A stretch of DNA of 64,000 nt from Octopus vulgaris (lineage: Eukaryota), in assembly GCA_951406725.2 (NCBI GenBank), contig OX597815.1:157666001-157730000 (forward strand), given 5' to 3'. The notes below the pieces were generated by a model, which searched no databases, had not been told where the DNA came from, and saw only the letters and a list, made by a program, of their open reading frames with translations. Below are positions 55,693-64,000 of the stretch, in pieces (positions within the stretch are counted from its first letter, which is position 1; each line of letters opens with the position of its first letter). Position numbers and translations under genes: made by a program.

Positions 55693-57657
55693 CACATACA
55701 TATATACATATATATCTTGAGGAGGAAGATCTGTTACCAGAAGAAAGCTCCAAAGAGGCAAGCGACCTATTTTCTTTATAGATCAGCAAGTCATCCAAGA
55801 GGTCAAAAGCTGGACAACATAGCAACAGCATGGGTCGATTATCAAAAGGCATATGATGATGTGCTACACTCAAGGATCCTAGAATGCTTCCATATGTTTG
55901 GCTTAGCTAGGAATATTGTTTAGCTTCTACAAAACTACGCTAACATAGAGAACTATACTAACATCAGAGGCAAAATCATGTTAAAAATTTAGCAGTGGTG
56001 AGAGAATAAATTACCTCCTGTTTATAGACGACCTGGAATTATTTTCCGAAAGTGAGAAAGCTTTAGATTCACTGGTACGGAACGTTAGAGTTGTTAGTGA
56101 TGATATTGGCATAAAGTCTGGAATAGTTAAATGTACAATTGTTGGTGATGAGAAGGAAAATATCTTAGAATAAGATTAAACTTCCAAATAAGACATTGAT
56201 CCGGGCAATGAATGAGGGTGACAGTTACAAGCACTTAGGCGTATTGGGGACAGATAGAATCCGCTACCAAGAAATGAAAGAAAAGATGAGAAACGAGTAT
56301 TTCAGGAGAGTAAACAAGGTGTTTAAGCTCAATACTCAATGGCAGGAAAAGCATCTCTGTGGTAAACACACGGGCGGTCTCTCTAATAAGATTTTCTGCT
56401 GCTTTTTTTGAACTGGGTAAAGGAAAAACTAAAATACATAAATTGTAAAACCAGAAAAATAATATCCATGTACAGGTCGTTACATCCCAGAGACAGTGGA
56501 AGGAGTGGCGGAGAGATCTTCAATAGGAGACTGTAGAGATGGCAAAATGAGACTTACAAGAGTATGTGAGAACCAACCCACAAAGACTGATTTCAGCTGC
56601 CATAGGAAAGGAAAAAGAAGCTACGAAGATTGCAAGGGAATACAAGAAAAGAAGACAGCAGGATCAAGAAAGAAACATCTTAGGAAAAGAGCTACACGGC
56701 CAGTACCTCAGACTCAGACAAACGCAGGCCGTCGCAGCAGAGAAGTTTTGATTATTGTTGAAGAATGGAGACATTAAGAAAGAAACAAGATTCACAATGG
56801 CTGCTCAAAGCCAGTCATTGGTAACGAATACCATTAAGACCAAAATAGACAAATCCGCGAAAAGTGCCAAGTACAGAGTATGTAATGAGAAAGAGGAATC
56901 CATGACGCACCCGATAGGTTCTTATAGTCCTTTGGCGCAGAAGGAATATAAACGTAGACATAATTGTTTAGCCAAGACGCTACACTGGGACATATTACGG
57001 CAAAGAGGATTTAAAGTAAGACGAAACTGGTACGAACATCAACCAGAAAGTGTAACAGAGAACGACCAATACAAGATTTTATGGGACTTTAGAGTATAGA
57101 CTGATAGCAAAATTCATACTAAGCAACCAGATATTATTGCTTTTAACAAAGAGGAAAAAGTGTGTATCATCATAGATGTAGCTATATCTGCGGACATGAC
57201 TGTATCGGTCAAAGACCAGGATTTAGCAAATGAAATATGACTGTGGAGAGTTTCTATAACAGTAATCCCAGTTATAGATGCCCTAGATACTGCCACTAAC
57301 AGACTTAACATTTCCCTTATTGAGATTGGTGTAACTACAAGGGTTGCATTGATTCAGAAATATGCTCTATGCATATTGTAGGAAAGGTCCTCGATATCTC
57401 AGGAAACTGGTTTTGACCCGGTATCATGAAAGACATGTAAAGCATTCATGCACAACAAAAGTAATAATAATTCTTTTTAATTTTGGTACAAAGTTAACAA
57501 TTTTGAGGGGAGTAGTAAATCACTGATATTGAACCCCAGTGTTATATTTGCTCAGAGCAAATATCGCAGAATATTTTTTCCGACGTTCTAACGATTCTGC
57601 CAACTCACAGTCCTAACGACAACAACAACAACAACAAGAAATATTCGTTTGACCTAC

Positions 57658-58545
57658 CTTTACGACAAACAAAATCTCCCGGGCTAAACACTTGAAGACG
57701 AAGTTTCAGTACCAGCTCATGAAGAAGGCCAGGTTCACAATCTTGAAATATTCGAACTTTTCGCAAAGTTTCCAAATGGACTTGCATAGCGATCTCAGTT
57801 TGAAGGTTTAGTGGAAGGCATTGTACGTATAGATTTTCGTCTATGATCTGGCGCTTTTCCCATGTGTAGTCAAACCACTTCAACACTCGTGTCTGCAGTT
57901 CGAAGTCGACCTGGCGTGTTTGCATGTAGCGTTTGACACCGTCTAAACGTGTGCGGAAGTTATCTTTGACTAAGTTGGAATTGTTGATCATGGCACCCAC
58001 GTTACCGAAAATAGAAGCAAATATGAGCACTCCGAACATAAAAGCTATGATAACATAGATGTATGAAATAATTGTCACTGGTGGCTGTGTCTCACCGATC
58101 GTGGTTAATGTTTGCATTGACCACCACAAAGGCATGAGGTATTGGTGTCGCATGGTTAAATACGGGTGTTCTTTTGGTAATACATCGAAGTTTATCACTT
58201 CATTTGGATAGACCCAGGCATCTTTACCGAGACCAATCCACGCGCTGAGAGCATAGTAAAGGCAAGCATTCCAGTGGATAAGAAGTGTGACGTAGACGAT
58301 AATGTGAATAATGCGGATCAAATTTGGAAATGAAGTACGTGTTTCCAGAATATCAAAAAATTGTCTCATACGATAAAGTCGCATCAAGCGGTTGAGACGA
58401 ACCATCGTAGCACTGGTACCAAAAACAATATAAAGGAGATCTGTTGGCAGAACACTGATTACATCTATTCTGAAATATTTCGAATTTATGTAATACCGGA
58501 GCAGCTTTTTAACATCATAGATGACTAAACCATTTTCGATGTAAC
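57658..58545 (-). CDS. CNGA: CNG channel exon (S3-S6, pore, C-linker)
   Basis: GYIENGLVIYDVKKL...RLNRLMRLYR (S4)...HWNACLYY...TLTTIGETQPP (pore)...GVLIFASIFGNVG...KWFDY..KVRIFQDCEPGLL.ELVLKL..VFSPGDFVCRK. ttctag acceptor, gtaggt donor, 888 nt with matching phases. Confidence 0.97.
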
Positions 58546-60768
58546 CTAGAAAAAAATTTCAGATTGAAAGAGGAAGAAAAATAAAGTTTCGATTTTCAGT
58601 ATTAATGTAAGATGAAGATGTTTATAAAGGTACAATATTTTAAGCAAGACAATATGTACTTGACTCGTATGTATTCTATGGAAAGATGATAGGCTTTATC
58701 GTTTTGATGCGACTGGTATTTTGTATGATTCTGTCTGTCTGTCTCTCTTTTTATACTACCCCTGTAATTAAATTTAAGTGAACCTGATAATGTGTTAGGT
58801 TTGCCTTGCCTCTAACCCCCAATCCTTTGATGGAATCGTAGGGTCACCGCCGAGACATAGGACGCATTTTGGCTATTTTGTTAGGTCTGGTGGAAGGAAG
58901 CCATCCTTCTCTGATTTCTTCCAGAAGAGAGTAAGATAGACAGACGGAGAGAAAAAGAAGAATCGACCCAAGTACACTTTATTTATCGATTCCGGAAGGA
59001 TGATAGGCAACTTTTACCTCAGCAGGATTTCACTACAAAGCAATCTGTCCGTCGTTCTAACGACACTTCATACTTGCTACCTTATGTTACGTTTAACTTT
59101 ACCCCACAAACGTTATATACCGTCTTTAACAAGACTGTATATACAGGCATTCTTGCCTAGACACGGAACTTTATAAAGTAAATTCTATTTTACTATTGCC
59201 TTGTATGTAACATGAAAGTCAATTGATAGTGTTCCTATTAAAAGCTATGTTGTACTAGTTTTTTTAATGGTCATCTTTTTTTCTGATCCGTATTGTTTTG
59301 TTTTGTATGTACTGCACTTTATGTTAGCCCCACTTTCTTTAGTGCACCCTTGTAATAATGTAAGGGGGTAAAGACCCCCTTCGGTCATGAATGACCATGG
59401 GATTGCACCTAGAAAGTTACCCTCCTAGACACAAGTCCGGGCAAGGTTGTTTATGGAAGGCCAGCAGTCGCCCATGCATACCGGCCTCCCCTCTCCACGC
59501 CACCAGTGTTATCCAAGGGAAAGACAAAGGTCGATACAGCTTGGCACCTGTGATGTTGCAGCTCATTTCTACAGCTGAGTGAACTGGAGCAACGTGAAAT
59601 AAAGTGCTTTGCTCAAGAGCACAACACGCAGCCCGGTCCGGGATTCGAGCTCACAACCTCACGATCGTAAGCTCGACGCTTTAACCACTGAGCCATGCGC
59701 CTAATAATGTACAATACGATTAAATATTTATTTGTTGGAGAATTTATTGGATATATTTCTGTTAATGTCGTTGATTGTGTCTTTATGACTGTGCGTGGAT
59801 TATTTCATTCTCATCCGTTTTGCTGGGTTTAGTCATAGGGCTGCGGTCATACTATGTTACGGGGACATGAGCTAAACCACCCATTATCAAGCAGTAAAGG
59901 CAGACGTGCGTGCATACACACATACATACACACATGGAAGATTATAATCTCAGCATTGGTGGAAGCACTCCGTCGGTTACGACGATGAGGGTTCCGGTTG
60001 ATCCGATCAACGGTATAGCCTGCTCGTGAAATTAACGTGTAAGTGGCTGAGCACTCCACAGACACGTGTACCCTTAACGTAGTTCTCGGGGATATTCAGC
60101 GTGACACAGAGAGTGACAAGGCCGGCCCTTTGAAATACAGGTACAACAGAAACAGGAAGTAAGAGTGAGAGAAAGTTGTGGTGAAAGAGTACAGCAGGGA
60201 TCGCCACCATCCCTGCCGGAGGCTCGTGGAGCTTTAGGTGTTTTCGCTCAATAAACACTCACAACGCCCGGTCTGGGAATCGAAACCGCGATCCTACGAC
60301 CGCGAGTCCGCTGCCCTAACCACTGGGCCATTGCGCCTCTCAGCATTGCAGACACACGAAATACTAAATACTTAGACTACATTCGAAAGGTGGTCGAGTG
60401 AAAAAACACTACACTCAATGATTTGATTTTGCACGGTTTTCGTCCTCTAAATTCACTCACAAGTCACAAGTCGGCTGGGGCTATGGTGGCAGACATTGGC
60501 CCAAGGAACTAATGGTTATGATTTCTATTGGTGTAGAAAAGTTCTTCGTTTGGTTCGCTATCGGAATGACAATGACCCGTTGTTAGGGTTAGCATGATAT
60601 TTTAGAAGTTCACAATGCTTAGATTAGTTTTGATAGTTTTTTTAGATTGAATTTTCTAAACCTTTCATAAAGCTGTCTTGATTGTGGATGTTCACTCGAC
60701 AGGAGATCACAAACCGTTGTCTTTATACATCCATATCTCTGTGCAAGTATGTATGTGCGTATGAACGC

Positions 60769-60830
<62 letters not shown>

Positions 60831-60924
60831 GGAAAGAGAGACAGAGAGACAGATAGACAGACAGAGAAAGAGAGACAGAGAGACAGATAGACAGACAGAG
60901 AAAGAGAGATAAATAGCGATAGAT

Positions 60925-60962
<38 letters not shown>

Positions 60963-61868
60963 TTGTTTTTCAAGTGAACTGAGTGAATTAGAGAAATTAA
61001 GCTTCACTGTTCCAGAATAAGAAATGTCTCTAGGCGCTCAGCTGAGAGGAATCCAAATCATACTGGGACATCAGATAAATTCGTTATTTTTTATCCATTT
61101 ATTTTCATCATTTACTATGTTATTTGAATTAACACGGCAAAAATTTTTATCGTCGTGTTTTATGGTATTTTGTAGCTATATTCTTCTTCAAATTTTGCTT
61201 ATTGTTTTTTTAAATTTGAATAAATTTAACTTCTTTTCAAACGTATGATGAAGTGCTAAGTAGAAAAAAGAGGAGGAATTTATATGAAACACCTATAAAC
61301 ACTTAGAATCGCTTGCCATTTTTAAACCTTATTTTTATGTTCTTTGTATCAGTAGCCACACTTAGATTTTAAATATGTGGAAATCTATTCAGTGATCAAA
61401 TTATAGTCTAATCATCAGTTGCAATTAAACTAAATCTTGGAGAGTTACAACTTCGATAAATTTCTGAATCCATGTTGAATCCACTTCGCTCTATAACTAA
61501 CGAACCCACCATTTCATTTCCCACAAAATTTTCTGGATTCATATCCTTCTTTAAATTCTTATTTTTGCGATTGTAACAGAGAAAAACATACATATCGCAC
61601 AATCTTTAGTTACATTTCTCCCTTATGTGCTTCACGTCTGCTGGCACCTTGCTATTGCACTGAATTAGATGTAGCAGTCAAATTTTCTTAAAACAACGGC
61701 TTACAGACTTAGAAAAGGATACATTTAATAAAGACTGCATAGAAAATTGACGGAATGACTATGTTTAAAATTTCCTTGATCATAGGCCTACTTAATCAAA
61801 GCTGATCTGCGTTCAAACAAAAATAATTTAAATGTCAAAATTTAAAGAATGAGAAAACTACTATTTAC

Positions 61869-62080
61869 CAATTCTCGATGACACAAACATATCGAACAAG
61901 TAGACCGCATCACTCGTATAATCCATGCTGAACCAAGTTGTCCTGTAAGCCATATGGAACCTATAGTAAGTTTGTCTGATCACTACAAATATACAGTTGT
62001 AGAGAAAGAATACTGAAACGATAGTTGACCAAATTCGGTAGAAAATCAATGTGTGGTCAATCACCAATTCTTTCCAAAAT
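61869..62080 (-). CDS. CNGA: CNG channel exon (S1-S2)
   Basis: ttccag acceptor; FWKELVIDHTLIFYRIWSTIVSVFFLYNCIFVVIRQTY...WFSMDYTSDAVYLFDMFVSSRIG; gtaaat donor. Earlier exons were not identified. Confidence 0.92.
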
Positions 62081-62905
62081 CTGGAACGATGTAGAAAGCA
62101 AAATTTAGCTTGAGTACCGAATCTGGTTAAGGTCTACCTAAGATATAATACAAATATAAATTATTTATAGATTTTCAAGTGTTGATTAAAATTCAATTTA
62201 ACCTACAAATAGGCCATGTTTCGTGATCCACCGGATCATTACGATATTATAAAAATTTCATCCCTCTGTGGAGGTTGTATTTGGTGTTTCCTGTTGTCCA
62301 CACCAGGACTGTGGGAGATTGTGATCTCAGCATTGTAGACACACGAAATACCAAATACTTAAAAAGGCGGTCGAGTGAAAAAAACACTAGACTCAATGAC
62401 TTGCTTTCACCCTTTCGGGATGGATAAAATGAAGTAACACTCAAGTACTGGAGCTGATATAATCGAATGTTCTTTTCCTCAAATTTAAGGCCTTGTACTT
62501 GCGTAAGAAATCAATATTTGATTTCATTCCTCTAAGTTCTGAATCCATATTCTGCCTGAACTGACTTTGCCGTTTTATCGTTCCGGAATCGATATAAGCT
62601 AGATACCTACAATGCACTAGCATACTTTAATCGATTATACACCTCCCACAATAATTGTGTTGTCTTGTGTCACTAATTTGCAAGGCTAGGTAGGATCATT
62701 AACAAAATGAAATGTCTGCAGCAGAGTAGCATCGGTAACAGAAAAGAAATTAGTCACTTTTCGACAACTACATCTGCAGCCTAAACCTCGTGGACCATCA
62801 AATTAATATAAACAACTATTACATTGAGATATTTAGCTTCCATTTAAATAAAACGCTGTTACTATTATAGTTAGCTTCAATTTAGAAACCATTCATCTGT
62901 ATGTA

Positions 62906-63848
62906 TTGGGTTGGCAACTAAGTTACCGCGGTTTGTTTAAATTTTGGAATTTATTGCGTTTTTAAATTTGGGAATCTATTTTTTTCGAGAATTCTATTTT
63001 TGAATCATTTTGGAGTCTATTTTTTTTTGTTCTAGTTAATATTAGTTAATTTTTGTTTATTTTCATATCATTAAAATGGAATGTCAAGTTAAGAAAAACG
63101 AGCATTTTCGACACCTCCTTCTTTTTGCTTTTAATCAAGGTTCTAAGGCCGCAAAAGCTGCTCGCGACAGTTGTACTGTGTATGGAGATGATGCCATAGC
63201 TGAAAGAACAGCTCGTGATTGGTATGCCAAGTCCAAAAATGGAAATTTTGACCTCAAAGTCGCACCTCGTTCTGGTCGTCCAGTTGAGTTCGATGAAGAG
63301 CGATTAAACCAACTTTTGCACGAAAATTCTCGTCAAACGACAATGGAACTGGCAGAGAAAATGTAATACTCCCACACTGCTATAGAGAAGCATCTTCACT
63401 CGATGGGAAAGGTTCAGAAGTATGGAGCATGGTTCTGCAGGCTTTTAGTAGCAACAACAAAAATCAACGAGCCACAATCTCCGCTGGTTTGTTTGCTCGT
63501 CACTGCTCAACTCATGGACACAAGCAACGATTTCTTTACCGAACCGTTACTTGCAACGTAAAATGGTGCCCGTACATCAATATAAAGCTGCGTAAGGAAT
63601 GGCTTAGCCCTGGCAAACAAGCGACACCGCGTGTGAAACAAGATCTTCATCCGCGTAAAACGATGTTGTGCGTATGGTGGGACTGGGAAGGAATTATCCA
63701 TTACGAATTGCTTGAACGGAACTAAACGGTCAACTCGGAACTCTATGTTCAACAGATGGAACGACTCAACATGGCTATTCAAGAGAAAAGATATAATCGG
63801 CAGCATGGAGTTCTTCTACTGCACGACAACGCCCTCCCTCATATCTCA
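62906..63848 (+). mobile_element. Mariner transposon (second family), 3'-truncated
   Basis: TA + TIR ttgggttggcaactaagttaccgcgg. Transposase MECQVKKNEHFRHLLLFAFNQG..PRSGRP, KTMLCVWWDWEGIIHYELL, LLHDNA; a few stops and a frameshift. Confidence 0.92.
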
Positions 63849-64000
63849 AGGTTATTTGATCTCGACATAGAGACAACGACCTGTTATCGTTAATTAACTT
63901 CTTATCGAGATTTTCAGACACTATTTACTCATGAATTTGCCGTTGAGTTAAAATTCTCCAATAAGTATCTCTTGAAGATGACTTATTCTAGATACTACGC

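Larger units (their letters stand above)
54032..57472 (+). mobile_element. Decayed R4/Dong-type non-LTR retrotransposon in a CNG intron (antisense to the gene)
   Basis: RT remnants (MPNWKSPGP; [10 protein letters not shown]; YKHLGV), decayed zinc knuckle and RRHN (56755-57099), then QPDII..IIIDVA REL motif. Flanked by (TAA)n on both sides. Confidence 0.88.

Overview
AT-rich, microsatellite- and SINE-laden animal genomic DNA; the SINE families and overall repeat landscape suggest an octopus/cephalopod (inference). It holds three spliced protein-coding genes: (1) the last five coding exons of RMND5A/GID2 (CTLH-complex RING E3 ligase) on +, 4094-14919; (2) a complete five-coding-exon inosine/uridine-preferring nucleoside hydrolase (311 aa) on +, 36592-48747; (3) the last three exons of a CNGA-type cyclic-nucleotide-gated channel on -, 62080-52557, converging on the hydrolase. 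Introns and intergenic DNA contain three decayed mariner transposons, Penelope-like retroelement (PLE) remnants, R4/Dong-type LINE fragments next to (TAA)n, piggyBac-like MITEs and many tRNA-derived SINEs. The most unusual signal, found by eye, is a set of 6-7 different minimal type-I hammerhead-ribozyme motifs, several in short foldback or (TA)n-embedded PLE-like elements. They include non-canonical cores (G3:C8 swap, U3:A8, U4C). None has been tested for activity. Most ORFs in the supplied track are microsatellite artefacts.
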